Positions 38,490 to 48,705 of a stretch of DNA of 64,000 bases are shown piece after piece. Under the pieces are notes generated by a model, which made no database searches, was not told the origin of the DNA, and saw nothing but the letters and a program-made list of their open reading frames with translations. This DNA is from Candidatus Omnitrophota bacterium (lineage in GTDB: Bacteria > Omnitrophota > Omnitrophia > Omnitrophales > Aquincolibacteriaceae). Position 1 is the stretch's first letter; each line of letters begins with the position of its first letter. Made by a program: the position numbers and the translations under genes. Where the stretch lies: contig PLLJ01000039.1 of NCBI GenBank assembly GCA_003140935.1, forward strand, positions 76,007 through 140,006, in the 5' to 3' direction.

Positions 38490-38562
38490 CTGCCGGGACT
38501 CGTTCCTCGGGACTCGGGACACGGCACTTAACTCAAATAATGCGGGGAACGGCAAACGGGTA

Positions 38563-38603
38563 ACGGGTAACGCAAGCGTTCCACGTTCCACGAAAAAAAG
38601 GAG
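38563..38603 (+). repeat. 41-bp direct repeat, copy 2
   Basis: matches 26988-27028. Confidence 0.9.
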
Positions 38604-38609
38604 GGATCC

Positions 38610-38972
38610 ATGACTCAAAAGATCCTTGTGATCGATGACGAACCCGATCTTCGTCAGCTGGTTGAACTCCGGTTAAGGAAAAACCAATATGAGACCCTTG
38701 GCGCGTGTGACGGGAAGATGGGCCTTGAAATGGCCGGACGGGAACATCCGGATCTCATTCTCCTTGATGTCATGATGCCGGTCATGGATGGGATCGAGGC
38801 CCTCCGCGCCTTAAAACAGACTTCCGAAACAAGCGCCATTCCCGTGATCATGCTTTCACAGAAAAAAGAAACCAGTTTGATCATGAAGACAGCGGATATG
38901 GGCGCTGCCGATTACATCCCTAAACCATTTCTGGCTGAAGATCTATTGAGGTCCATCAAGAGGAACATTTGA
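38610..38972 (+). CDS. single-domain response regulator
   Basis: ILVIDDE, LLDVMMP, YIPKPF. Confidence 0.92.
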   Translation: MTQKILVIDDEPDLRQLVELRLRKNQYETLGACDGKMGLEMAGREHPDLILLDVMMPVMDGIEALRALKQTSETSAIPVIMLSQKKETSLIMKTADMGAADYIPKPFLAEDLLRSIKRNI

Positions 38973-39017
38973 AGTCCATCAAGAGGCACATCGCTCAACT
39001 TAAGTCATTCGGGGAAC

Positions 39018-39097
39018 GCCTGGCTCTCATTGAATTTTTATTGAAAACCAGTGCAGCACTCGACAACTTTTTCATTTTTTTATTGGAAGTCCAGTGC
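39018..39097 (-). repeat. inverted copy of the two-unit palindrome array at 25687-25765
   Basis: reverse complement reads cactggacttccaata...gtcgagtgCTGcactgg...gagagccaggcg. Confidence 0.8.
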
Positions 39098-39276
39098 GGT
39101 GAACGATGAACGAAAATAAAGCGGGACTCGGGACTCGTTCCTCGGGACGGTTTCGGCGAGATTTTGCACTTGCCGCTCATTGCGTCAAGTACGGCCTGTG
39201 GGAATTCGGATATTCCCTACTGGCCGACAATCTCGTCCGATCCACGCTACACGGGGTTAAAGCAACCAAGGAGTCG

Positions 39277-39693
39277 ATGATGTTTTTCTCAAAATGGAAA
39301 TCCCCGTTGTTTTTTTTGACCGTGTGCGGCGTGATCGCGTTGAGCGGCTGTCAGACGATCCGGGATCATAATGCCCGGTCCAAGGAGGAGATGCTTGCGG
39401 CCGCGGGTTTTCGGATGAAACAAGCCCTGACGCCGGAACAATTGGCGAATATCCAAAACATGCCGCAGCGTAAGCTGGTCCCGCATACGAAGGACGGCCG
39501 GGTCATGTATGTTTATGCGGATGCCAAAGCCTGCCGGTGTGTGTATGTGGGTACGGAAAAAAATTACCAGGATTATCAAAGAATGGTCTATCGGAAAGAG
39601 CTTGCCGAAGAACAGGAAACGACGGCGGAAATAAACAGCGAAAACAGGTTTAATTGGGACCTCTGGGGATCCTGGGGGCCTTGGGGTTATTAG
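39277..39693 (+). CDS. lipoprotein
   Basis: LSGC lipobox; MLAAAGF...YVYAD..CRCVYVG. Confidence 0.75.
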   Translation: MMFFSKWKSPLFFLTVCGVIALSGCQTIRDHNARSKEEMLAAAGFRMKQALTPEQLANIQNMPQRKLVPHTKDGRVMYVYADAKACRCVYVGTEKNYQDYQRMVYRKELAEEQETTAEINSENRFNWDLWGSWGPWGY

Positions 39694-39718
39694 CCGGAGG
39701 CAGCTCAACTAAGGAGCC

Positions 39719-40030
39719 ATGAGAATGAATATGAAAATGGCGATGATCCTGGGACTGGCGTTGCTGCTCCTTCCCTGCGGGCGGCTTCTCGCGTGGGACA
39801 ACAGCGCGAGGACGGAAGAGATCTCCGCCAAGGCGGAACAGGCCAGGGAAGACGTCCGCAACATGCAGTCGAAGGTCAATGATCTGCAAGAGCAGATCCA
39901 CCGGCTGGAGGACAAGATCAGCTCCAGGGATTCCAAGCTGGAGGCCTTGGAAAGACAGGCGAGGGAGCAGGCCGCTTTGGAACGGCGGGTGAGGCCCCTG
40001 GAAGGCGCGCGCGAAGAACGCAAAGAATAA
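39719..40030 (+). CDS. secreted coiled-coil protein, tandem paralog 1
   Basis: signal peptide; heptad repeats. Confidence 0.7.
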   Translation: MRMNMKMAMILGLALLLLPCGRLLAWDNSARTEEISAKAEQAREDVRNMQSKVNDLQEQIHRLEDKISSRDSKLEALERQAREQAALERRVRPLEGAREERKE

Positions 40031-40081
40031 ACTAGACGGCGTTCCATGAGAAGAGATTAGATGATAATTAAGGAGTGAACG

Positions 40082-40429
40082 ATGAACATGAAAAGAACGA
40101 TGATGATCCTGGGACTGGCGTTGTCGCTCCTTCCTTGCGGGCGGGGGTTCGCGTGGAACGACAGCGCGCGGATGGACGCGATCGCCTCCAAAGCGGAGCA
40201 GGCCAATGAAGGCGTCCGTAACATGCAATCGAAGATCGATGACCTGCAGATGAAGATCAACCGGCTGGAGGACAAGATCAGTTCCCGGGATTACAAGATG
40301 GAGGCCTTGGAAAGAAAACTGAGGGAACAGGACACTCTGGACCGGCGGGTCAGGGCCCTGGAAGACGCGCGCGAAGACCGCAAACTCCCCACACAAACCA
40401 AGACCCTCCCCGGCAAGCCGAATCCTTAA
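40082..40429 (+). CDS. secreted coiled-coil protein, tandem paralog 2
   Basis: high DNA similarity to 39719-40030. Confidence 0.7.
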   Translation: MNMKRTMMILGLALSLLPCGRGFAWNDSARMDAIASKAEQANEGVRNMQSKIDDLQMKINRLEDKISSRDYKMEALERKLREQDTLDRRVRALEDAREDRKLPTQTKTLPGKPNP

Positions 40430-40493
40430 CAAACGGTCGGGACTTGGGACTCGTTCCTCGGGACTCGTACGTTGGAGCGCGGGAAAAATTAAT

Positions 40494-41324
40494 ATGAATA
40501 TTGCGGTATTGGGATTGGGGATCATCGGGAGCATCTGGGCAAAGAACCTGGCGGCGGACGAACACCGGGTACGGTGCTGGAACCGTACGCCCAAAGAGTT
40601 CCCGGGTTTTCGCGCGTCGATCCACGAGGCGATCGAGGGGGCGGAAGCGATCTTCATCGTGGTCGCGGACCCGCCCGCGGTACAGTCGGTGCTGAGGCAG
40701 ATCCTCCCGAAGCTCCGTCCCAGGCAGATGATCCTTCAATCGAGCACGATCTCCGCGAAATGGACCCTGCGATTCGCGGAGGAGGTCCGGAAAACCGGAG
40801 CGCTCTTCGTGGAAGCGCCGTTCACGGGCAGTAAACCTGCGGCCGAGCTGCGGCAGACCGTTTTTTATTTAGGCGGAGAGCCGGAGGACGTTGCGAAAGC
40901 GCTTCCCATCCTCGAAACGCTCTCGAGCGCGATCCTGCATATCGGGCCTCTCGGAACGGCCTCCACGCTCAAGCTTGCCATGAATTTGAATATCGCCGGC
41001 ATGGCCCAGGCCTTATGCGAAAGCCTGGCCCTGTGCCGTGCTGCGGGGATCCCGGATGAAATTTATTTCAAGGCCTTGTCCCGGAACGCGTCTCGTTCGG
41101 GGCTTTCAGACCTCAAAGAGCTGCGGCTCCGGCAGCAGGACTACAGTCCGCAATTTTCGCTCAAGCACATGGACAAAGACCTGCGCCTCGCACTTGAGAC
41201 CGCCGCCGATCTCTCGCTTCCGCTCGAACAGACCCGGGAGCTCAAGAAGATCTACGACAAAGGCATGGCCGCGGGCTGGAAAGACGAGGATTTCATCGGC
41301 CTCATCCGGCTTTTGCGCCGGTAG
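40494..41324 (+). CDS. NAD(P)-dependent 3-hydroxyisobutyrate dehydrogenase-family oxidoreductase
   Basis: GLGIIG, WNRT, EAPFTGS, KLAMN, KDLRLA. Confidence 0.9.
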   Translation: MNIAVLGLGIIGSIWAKNLAADEHRVRCWNRTPKEFPGFRASIHEAIEGAEAIFIVVADPPAVQSVLRQILPKLRPRQMILQSSTISAKWTLRFAEEVRKTGALFVEAPFTGSKPAAELRQTVFYLGGEPEDVAKALPILETLSSAILHIGPLGTASTLKLAMNLNIAGMAQALCESLALCRAAGIPDEIYFKALSRNASRSGLSDLKELRLRQQDYSPQFSLKHMDKDLRLALETAADLSLPLEQTRELKKIYDKGMAAGWKDEDFIGLIRLLRR

Positions 41325-41367
41325 AACGGCACTCCCGGGTTGCAGTGGCCCTTATGCCGTATATCCT
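41321..41367 (+). repeat. 47-bp hairpin repeat GTAGAACGGCAC...TGCCGTMTATCCT (second copy 44960-45006)
   Basis: same ends and length, different middle. Confidence 0.7.
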
Positions 41368-41572
41368 TCACAGGTTCAAATCCCGCCTTTTAGAAACCCC
41401 GAGCAGCGGATGACAATAAAAACGGCCATGCTTTTGTGTCTGCGGTTTAAGAAGCCGGGGTTCGCACAATTTTTATAGGGAGGCTAAGCAACCTCATATA
41501 GAATATCCTGCCCATGAGAGAAATAAGCCGAAAAGATCATTCATTTGAGCCTGAGGTTGCGGAAAAGCCGCT

Positions 41573-43318
41573 ATGAAAGAAAAGAATTCTCCGCAACCGG
41601 GAGTATCCCTGCAACAAAAAATAGCCCTGGTGGTTTTGGGCCTATGCTTGTCTCTGGTGCTTCTTGAAACGGGAATGCGCCTGGGCGGGTTTGTCCTGTC
41701 ATCGATCCAAGAGTATGGGAATTTACAGTCCATCAAACAAAAGGGCGCCTACCGTATCCTCTGCCTGGGGGAGTCCACGACCCAGGGACAATACCCCCAA
41801 CGTCTCGAGCAGATCTTGAACCAACGCAATGCCGGAGTGCGTTTCAGCGTTATCGATAAAGGCCTATACGCCACAAACTCTTCCGCCATATTAAGCCGAG
41901 TCGGACCCTATTTGGACGAGTATCATCCCGATATGGTGATCGCCATGATGGGGATCAATGATTGGGGGAAACATATGCCCTTGGAGGTCCCTACGACTTC
42001 GAAAGGAACGCTTTTCATCCGGTCGTTCAGGGTTTATAAGCTGATGCGGCTTCTTGAGCTGCATCTCTTGAAGAAAGCCGGGGAGATGGGGTTTTATAAA
42101 CCTGACGAGGCTAGACGAAGTTCTTGGAAGGCTCAAACCCCTGTTCCCAAAACCGGCCCCAGAGAATCCTCTGCGAAGGCTATTTCAGCCGGAGGATCAT
42201 TCCAGAACACAGCCTTCATCAAGACCCAAGAGATGAGGTCTTATAAACCTGAAGTGGATGAACGAAATCCCGGGAAGGCTCAAATTCCTCTTCCGGGGAC
42301 CGGGTCAAAAGAAACTTCTGCGGAGGCTGTTTCGATCGAAGAGCCATCGAGAAAGGCTACCGGGCCGAGTTCCCCAAACGATAAGGTTTTCGTTGATGTT
42401 GGGAAGGCTCAACGAGACCAAAGCCCATACCCACAGGACGAAAACTCTCTCAAGAGAGCTGTCGAGCGAGATCCTAAAAATTATGAGGCCTACCGCGCAT
42501 TAGGGGGGTTTTATCAGGATCAAGGCAAATTACCCCAAGCCGAAGCCTCTCTCCGGAAGGTCGTCGAGCTTGATCCGAAGAGCGCTCCTGCCTACGTTCA
42601 CCTCGGGACACTTTTTCAGCTGCAAGGCAAATTTTCCCAAGCCGAAACCTCTTTTAAAAAAGCCATCGAACTTAATCCGGAACAAAGTGAAGCCTACCGT
42701 GGGTTAGCGGAGCTCTATGAAGGTGGTCACACCGGCAAGGCGGAAGTGATGTTTAAGAAAGCCATCGAGGTTGATCCTAAAAACTTTGAAGCTTGCCTTG
42801 ATCTGGGATGGCTCTATCGACGGCAGAAAAGATTTCTGGAAGCCGAGGAATTCTTCAAGAAAGCCATGGAGCGGAGCCGTCTCCAAAATGACGACGACGG
42901 CTACTCGAGGGGCCGCACATTGAGGACCATGGCGTCTTTATACGAAGAAATGGGTAAACCCGGGTTGGCAAAAGAATATGTTCAAAAGATAGCCGGGCCG
43001 GGATTAGAGTGTTATCCGGTTACCCTTCACAACTATCGCAAGCTTAAGGAAACCCTGGATCAAAAGGGAATCAAACTGGTTTGTATGCAGTATCCCATGC
43101 GAAAGGTGGAAACACTCAAGAGAATTTTCGGGAGAAACGAAGGCGTTATTTTTGTCGATAACGAAAGCCTGTTCGCGGAAGCGGTGAAGAAAGGAAGTTA
43201 CAAGGAGTATTTTAAAGATATGTTCGCCGGCGACTTCGGCCATTGCACTCAGAAAGGCAACGAGCTTTTAGCTCAAAATATCGCCGCTGTGATCCTCAAA
43301 GAAGTATTTAACCAATAG
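41573..43318 (+). CDS. membrane-anchored SGNH-like/TPR protein, paralog 1
   Basis: ILCLGESTT, MGIND, TPRs, C-terminal DFGHCT. Confidence 0.85.
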   Translation: MKEKNSPQPGVSLQQKIALVVLGLCLSLVLLETGMRLGGFVLSSIQEYGNLQSIKQKGAYRILCLGESTTQGQYPQRLEQILNQRNAGVRFSVIDKGLYATNSSAILSRVGPYLDEYHPDMVIAMMGINDWGKHMPLEVPTTSKGTLFIRSFRVYKLMRLLELHLLKKAGEMGFYKPDEARRSSWKAQTPVPKTGPRESSAKAISAGGSFQNTAFIKTQEMRSYKPEVDERNPGKAQIPLPGTGSKETSAEAVSIEEPSRKATGPSSPNDKVFVDVGKAQRDQSPYPQDENSLKRAVERDPKNYEAYRALGGFYQDQGKLPQAEASLRKVVELDPKSAPAYVHLGTLFQLQGKFSQAETSFKKAIELNPEQSEAYRGLAELYEGGHTGKAEVMFKKAIEVDPKNFEACLDLGWLYRRQKRFLEAEEFFKKAMERSRLQNDDDGYSRGRTLRTMASLYEEMGKPGLAKEYVQKIAGPGLECYPVTLHNYRKLKETLDQKGIKLVCMQYPMRKVETLKRIFGRNEGVIFVDNESLFAEAVKKGSYKEYFKDMFAGDFGHCTQKGNELLAQNIAAVILKEVFNQ

Positions 43319-43385
43319 GAAGACCGGCATAATGCCGGCGATTGTTTTTCTCGCGGGCTTAATCCGGAGCACGTAAAAGAAAATT

Positions 43386-44909
43386 ATGAAAAACACACCC
43401 ACGAAAATGGCGACCTCGTTCTGGCAAAAAATAGCCCTGATGGTCTTGGGCCTATGCTTGTCTCTGGTGCTTCTTGAAACGGGAATGCGCCTGGGCGGGT
43501 TTGTCCTGTCATCGATCCAAGAGTATGGGAATTTACGATCGATCAAACAAAAGGGCGCCTACCGCATCCTCTGTCTGGGGGAGTCCACGACCCAGGGACA
43601 ATACCCCCGTCTTCTCGAGCAGATCCTGAATCGGCGAAATATCGGAGTGCGTTTCAGCGTCATCGATAAAGGAAAAGATGGTGTAAAAACCTTCGTTTTA
43701 TTAAACCAGCTGGGATCTTACCTTGATGAATATCATCCCGATATGGTCGTTGCGATGATGGGGATCAATGACCTGGGAAGGCATCTGCCCTTGGAGGCGC
43801 CCACGACTTCGAAAGGAACGCTTTTCATCCGGTCCTTCAGAGTTTATAAGCTGATGCGGCTTCTTGGGCTGCATATTTTGACGAAAGCCGAAGCGATGGG
43901 GCTTTATAAACCTGCCGCAGACAAACCGGTTTCCGTAAAAGCTGAGACTCCTCCGAAAGCCGAGACCCCTGTAAAGGCTGAAATCCCTTTGAAGATCGAA
44001 ACTCCCGTAACCGTTCAAGCCCCTCTTTCCGGAACCGCGTCAAAAAAAACTTCCCCCCAGGATATTTTTACCGGAGATGCCCCTAAGGGCGATAAAGATT
44101 ACATCGGATTAGGGTGGCTTTATAAAGAGCAAGGCAAATTACCCCAAGCCGAAGCCTCTTTCAGGAAAGCCATCGAGCTTCATCCCCAAAGCTTTAAGCC
44201 CTACTTTGGATTGGGATGGTTTTATCTGGAGCAAGGCAAATTACCCCAAGCCAAAGCCTCTTTCCGGAAAGCCATCGAGCTTAATCCGGAGTGCGACGAA
44301 GCCTACGCTGGACTCGGGTCGCTTTTTCTTAATCTGGACGAATTCTCCCAAGCCGAAAGCTTATTCAAGAAAGCCATCGAGATCAACCCGGGAGCTATGG
44401 CGGCTTTTTCCGATCTGGGGCGGCTTTACCGGAATCACGGACAATTATCACAGGCTGAAGATTCCTATCGAAGGGCCATCGAGCTTGATCCTCATAACGA
44501 ATCCGTCCTGAGGGCCCTGACGTCTCTCTACGAAGAACTGGGCCAGCCCGAGTTGGCAAAAAAATATGCCCGGAAGATAGCCGAACTGAGATTCGGGGGT
44601 TATTCTGCGGTGACCATTGACAACTATCGAAAGCTGAAAGAGATCCTGGACCGGAAAGGGATCAAACTGGTCTGCGCGCAGTATCCCATGCGAAACGCGG
44701 GGCCTTTAAAGAAAATATTCGAGAATGATGAAGACGTTATTATTGTCGATAACGAGGGCCTCTTCACGGAAGCGGTGAGGAAGGGAAGTTACAAAGAATA
44801 TTTCAGAGACATGTTCGCCGGGGACTTCGGCCATTGCACCCTCAAAGGGAATACGCTTTTAGCTCAAAATTTCGCCGATGTGATCCTCAAGGAAGTGTTC
44901 AACAAGTAG
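43386..44909 (+). CDS. membrane-anchored SGNH-like/TPR protein, paralog 2
   Basis: N and C termini closely similar to paralog 1. Confidence 0.85.
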   Translation: MKNTPTKMATSFWQKIALMVLGLCLSLVLLETGMRLGGFVLSSIQEYGNLRSIKQKGAYRILCLGESTTQGQYPRLLEQILNRRNIGVRFSVIDKGKDGVKTFVLLNQLGSYLDEYHPDMVVAMMGINDLGRHLPLEAPTTSKGTLFIRSFRVYKLMRLLGLHILTKAEAMGLYKPAADKPVSVKAETPPKAETPVKAEIPLKIETPVTVQAPLSGTASKKTSPQDIFTGDAPKGDKDYIGLGWLYKEQGKLPQAEASFRKAIELHPQSFKPYFGLGWFYLEQGKLPQAKASFRKAIELNPECDEAYAGLGSLFLNLDEFSQAESLFKKAIEINPGAMAAFSDLGRLYRNHGQLSQAEDSYRRAIELDPHNESVLRALTSLYEELGQPELAKKYARKIAELRFGGYSAVTIDNYRKLKEILDRKGIKLVCAQYPMRNAGPLKKIFENDEDVIIVDNEGLFTEAVRKGSYKEYFRDMFAGDFGHCTLKGNTLLAQNFADVILKEVFNK

Positions 44910-45099
44910 CAAGACCGAAAAACCGTTCCCTGTAACGGCAGACGGGGAGTACAAACTTAGTAGAACGGCACCCCGAGGCTAAAATGGTTTTTGTGCCGTC
45001 TATCCTATCCGCCACACAGCGTGGACGGATCCGTCCGTGAAATTTGGCGGATAGAATATAGGGCACGGCGCTTAGAAGATCCGGATGTAAACGCGCTTC

Positions 45100-45591
45100 A
45101 TGGGGAGGTCCCTTGTGACGAAATGGTTTTTTGCGTTTTTTCTGATCCTGGCTCTGGCCCTGGCTTTTACGGCGGGGTTACGGATCGATCCCGAAGTTTT
45201 GGCGGAAAAACTTCACATGAAACCCGATCCGAACGTTGAAACCCTCCGGAAAATGGGGATCGATCCCGGCCAGATCGGTTTTAAGAGCAAGCCTTGGTGC
45301 ACTTTTCGTTCCGAGGACAATTTATTCAAACGGATCGATTGGAGCGCATGGATCGGGCCGGAAATGATGAAGGAAGCTTCACGGAAAGTCTCCCAAATGA
45401 AAAAAAATACGTGGAGCCCCGGCCCCGCGGAGGTCGCGGAATCCCTGGCGACGGAGGGGGCCGCGCAAGCCCGCCGCGATCAGCTGAGAGCGGAAGCGGG
45501 ATTGAAGGACGCGCGGGACACGCGGAACGCGATGCAGAAATGGGCGGGCACCTCGCCGTCATCCCAGGGAACGGAAGAGACGGAATCATAA
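45100..45591 (+). CDS. membrane-anchored hypothetical protein
   Basis: N-terminal hydrophobic helix. Confidence 0.6.
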   Translation: MGRSLVTKWFFAFFLILALALAFTAGLRIDPEVLAEKLHMKPDPNVETLRKMGIDPGQIGFKSKPWCTFRSEDNLFKRIDWSAWIGPEMMKEASRKVSQMKKNTWSPGPAEVAESLATEGAAQARRDQLRAEAGLKDARDTRNAMQKWAGTSPSSQGTEETES

Positions 45592-45695
45592 ATCCGGTAC
45601 CCACCGGAGAGCGCCCCAAAACCGCAGTAGCCCTGATGCCGTATATCCTATATGATATGCGGCACACGGGGCCAAGACAAAGGGGCGTAAAACAA

Positions 45696-45938
45696 ATGAC
45701 CGCAGAGCCAATGACGAAGACTTCATCGGAGGAGTTGCAGCGGAAGATCGGAAATGCCGTGGCAAAGGCGAGGCGCGAGCAGGGGCTGACGCAGCAGGCG
45801 CTGGCGCGCGGCATGGGAACGCGTCAGGCCAACATTTCCCGGATCGAGCGGGGGCTGCAGAATCTTTCGCTCGACCTTCTCATGCGCCTGAACCAGGCGC
45901 TGGACCTTTGCCTCAAGATCGAGCTTTCAAAGAATTGA
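45696..45938 (+). CDS. XRE-family HTH regulator
   Basis: ARREQGLTQQALA..MG..QANISRIERG. Confidence 0.88.
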   Translation: MTAEPMTKTSSEELQRKIGNAVAKARREQGLTQQALARGMGTRQANISRIERGLQNLSLDLLMRLNQALDLCLKIELSKN

Positions 45939-45989
45939 ACGATGCCCGGCACCCTCCGGATCGGTCGAAATGGACGGAGAGGCCATGCC

Positions 45990-46235
45990 ATGCGTAAATT
46001 CGCGATCGCGTTCTTTGTCCTCGTTTTGATGTCCGGCGAGTTGCCCGCGAACGCTTATGTGAAGGTTTGTTACAGGAATAAGGATACTGCGATGGAAAAA
46101 GCCGGGGACTGGTTCGCCACGCTCGGCAAAAAAGGAATAGAAAAAAACAATATCCTGGCCAAGCGCAGGCACGACCGTTTTACGGCCTGCGTCCAAAGAA
46201 ATCTGGACACCGGACCGCGGGGAAAGCTTGGATAA
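45990..46235 (+). CDS. small secreted protein
   Basis: signal peptide; GGAGAGG RBS. Confidence 0.6.
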   Translation: MRKFAIAFFVLVLMSGELPANAYVKVCYRNKDTAMEKAGDWFATLGKKGIEKNNILAKRRHDRFTACVQRNLDTGPRGKLG

Positions 46236-46292
46236 CAGGCTTTGGAACGGTGCCGGGTACTTTTGAGTCACTCATAAGGAGATCCAAGCAAG

Positions 46293-47189
46293 ATGAAAAA
46301 ATATATTCTGATTCTGGCGGTACTCTTTTTTAGTTCGTGCGCAACGGCTCCCCGCCATCCTCCGGCACCGACCGCTCCGCCGCCGAAGCCTGCGGTGCCG
46401 CACGCGCCGGTCAGTTTGCCGTCGCAGCCGGCCCCGGTCCCTTCGCGCCGGGACGTGACGCATGTCGTGGCTCCCGGGGAAACGGTCGCGATGCTCAGCC
46501 AAATGTACGATGTGCCGGCCGGTTCTATCGTGTCCGCCAATCATTTAAAAAAGAGCGCGGCGCTCTCCTCAGGGCGGTCCTTGATTATCCCCCAGGCGTC
46601 CGCAGCCCGGTCGATCATCCCGCTTTTCCCGAATAAAAAATGGAAATATATCATCGTTCACCATAGCGCCACCCAGGAAGGGGACTCTCTCGCGTTCAAC
46701 CAGTATCATTTGAAAAGAGGGTTCGTCGGGGGCGTCGGTTATGACTTCGTGATCGACAACGGGACGCTCAGCAAGGTGGACGGACAGATCGAAGCGACCC
46801 CGCGATGGCTTAAACAGCAGGAGGGCCGGCATTGTAAGGCGTCCCATATGAACCAGAAGGCGATCGGGGTGTGCCTCGTGGGTAATTTTAACCAGGGAAA
46901 GATGACCGAGCACCAGATGGAGGCGCTCGTTTATCTGGTGGAGATCCTCTGCCGTTATTACAAGATCCCCGAAAAACATATCCTGGGACACGGCAAAGTC
47001 CCGGAGGCGGACACCGATTGCCCGGGGAAGGCTTTTCCCTGGCAGGAATTCCATAACCGTCTCAAGTCGACCGACGTAAGCGGGATGCCCCACGGAACCG
47101 GAAGCACGGAACCACTCATAAAACTTAAAGGAAGTTTGGTGCAGTCCCAGCCATCCTTTAAAATGGATGGGAGGGTCGGAACGCACTGA
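46293..47189 (+). CDS. LysM plus N-acetylmuramoyl-L-alanine amidase (Amidase_2) lipoprotein
   Basis: lipobox FSSC, HVVAPGET LysM, IIVHHSAT, IGVCLVGNF, GH...TDCPG. Confidence 0.9.
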   Translation: MKKYILILAVLFFSSCATAPRHPPAPTAPPPKPAVPHAPVSLPSQPAPVPSRRDVTHVVAPGETVAMLSQMYDVPAGSIVSANHLKKSAALSSGRSLIIPQASAARSIIPLFPNKKWKYIIVHHSATQEGDSLAFNQYHLKRGFVGGVGYDFVIDNGTLSKVDGQIEATPRWLKQQEGRHCKASHMNQKAIGVCLVGNFNQGKMTEHQMEALVYLVEILCRYYKIPEKHILGHGKVPEADTDCPGKAFPWQEFHNRLKSTDVSGMPHGTGSTEPLIKLKGSLVQSQPSFKMDGRVGTH

Positions 47190-47260
47190 ACGGCCCATAA
47201 AACTCAAAGGAAGTTTAGTGCAGCCCCAATCAACCCTTAAAATAAATGAGAGGATTGGGG
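47105..47260. repeat. four-unit palindrome array (37/36/37/37 bp; linkers CAG, ACG, CAG)
   Basis: A-B-A'-B' arrangement with ~40 bp period. Confidence 0.8.
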
Positions 47261-47359
47261 CGCCATCCCGCGCGTAGAAGTCAGCTAAAATAGAACGGCG
47301 CCACTCCACTTTGGCTTCCGGGATGGGCAAAACGAAAAGCAAGTCCGGAGAAAAGAACG

Positions 47360-48688
47360 ATGAAGGTCTTTGAAAAAACAGGGAGATTCTCGGCTTTTTC
47401 TTTATCGATCATTTTAAGCGCGTGTATTTTTTCGATCGAACTCGGCATTATGTATTTCTTCCACGCCTCCCCGAAGATCTCTCCGGCCCTGGAAGCCTTT
47501 CTCGACAGCACGATCCTGGTGATCACCCTTTATCCCCTGCTTTACCTCTTCGGCATCGCGCCTCTGCTCAGGGAAAATCAAATACGGAAAAAACTCGAAC
47601 AAAGATTAAGAACGAGCGAAGAAAGGTACAAGTCGCTGGCGGAAACTTCCCCCGATTGTATCAAGTTGTTCGATAAGGACGGCAAGCTCGTTTACATGAA
47701 CAGCGGGGGGCTCAAGGAGCACCGGTTCAGGAATATTGAAGAAGCGAAGCAGTGTGATCTTTTGAAAGGGATCCTCGCGGAGGACCGGGCGAAGTTCACC
47801 GAGGCCTTTCAAAAAGCAAAGGAAGGCCGTTCCACGACGATCGAGATCCGGCACACGCGCGAAGGTTCGGTGCGCGAGGCATGTCTCGAGACCCTGGTTC
47901 CCGTGAGTGACGCGAACGGGGAGTTCGCTTATGTGTTCGGGGTCTCCCGGGACATCAGCCATCTCAAGGAGCTGGAGCGGACCCGGGAAGCGCTGATCCA
48001 AATGCTCATCCATGATCTGGGCAATCCCTTGAGCGTCGTTTCCGGAGGACTGGAATATTTAAATGAAAAAGTGCGCGGCCAAGGGCCGGAAGATACGGAC
48101 CAGATCCTGGACCTCTGCGTGAAGGGAACCCGGGAAATCACCGCGATGATCTCCGAGCTTCTGGACATCGGCAAGTTGGAAGAAGGCAAGATGTTCTTGA
48201 AGCATGAAAAGATCCAGGTCAGCGGACTGATCGAAGACGTTTTCCGGGATTTTTCAGTGATGGCGGAGAGCCGGAAGATCACCTTGCGTTCAAGGCTCGC
48301 CCCGCCGGCCTCCCAGATCTCGGGGGATGTTTCTCTCATCAAGAGAGTGTTTTCGAATTTGATCGGGAATGCTTTTAAATTTGCGCCGGAAGGATCTTTG
48401 ATCGAGATCGCGGCGGTCCCGCAGGTGAAAAACAAAAGTGTTTTTTTCTCCGTGCGTGATGAAGGCCCGGGGATCCCGTCCGAATATCATAAGAAGATCT
48501 TTGAAAAATTCATTCAAGTTCAAGACCCGGGAATAAAAAAAAGTTCGGGAAAAGGGCTGGGCCTTACGTTTTGCAAAATGGCGGTCGAGGCGCACGGAGG
48601 GGAGATCTGGGTTGAAAGCGGAGCGGGAAAGGGGAGCGTTTTCTATTTCGAGCTCCCCGTCGACCCGCCGGTATCAAAAAAAGAATAA
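47360..48688 (+). CDS. PAS domain sensor histidine kinase
   Basis: 2 TM, PAS, HDLGNPL, NLIGNAFKF, GLGL. Confidence 0.93.
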   Translation: MKVFEKTGRFSAFSLSIILSACIFSIELGIMYFFHASPKISPALEAFLDSTILVITLYPLLYLFGIAPLLRENQIRKKLEQRLRTSEERYKSLAETSPDCIKLFDKDGKLVYMNSGGLKEHRFRNIEEAKQCDLLKGILAEDRAKFTEAFQKAKEGRSTTIEIRHTREGSVREACLETLVPVSDANGEFAYVFGVSRDISHLKELERTREALIQMLIHDLGNPLSVVSGGLEYLNEKVRGQGPEDTDQILDLCVKGTREITAMISELLDIGKLEEGKMFLKHEKIQVSGLIEDVFRDFSVMAESRKITLRSRLAPPASQISGDVSLIKRVFSNLIGNAFKFAPEGSLIEIAAVPQVKNKSVFFSVRDEGPGIPSEYHKKIFEKFIQVQDPGIKKSSGKGLGLTFCKMAVEAHGGEIWVESGAGKGSVFYFELPVDPPVSKKE

Positions 48689-48705
48689 AAACAACCAAGG
48701 AGGGG

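Noticed and set aside
47105-47260. CRISPR array (also 18422-18578)
   Set aside because: No constant repeat alternating with unique spacers; every unit is itself a palindrome; no cas genes.
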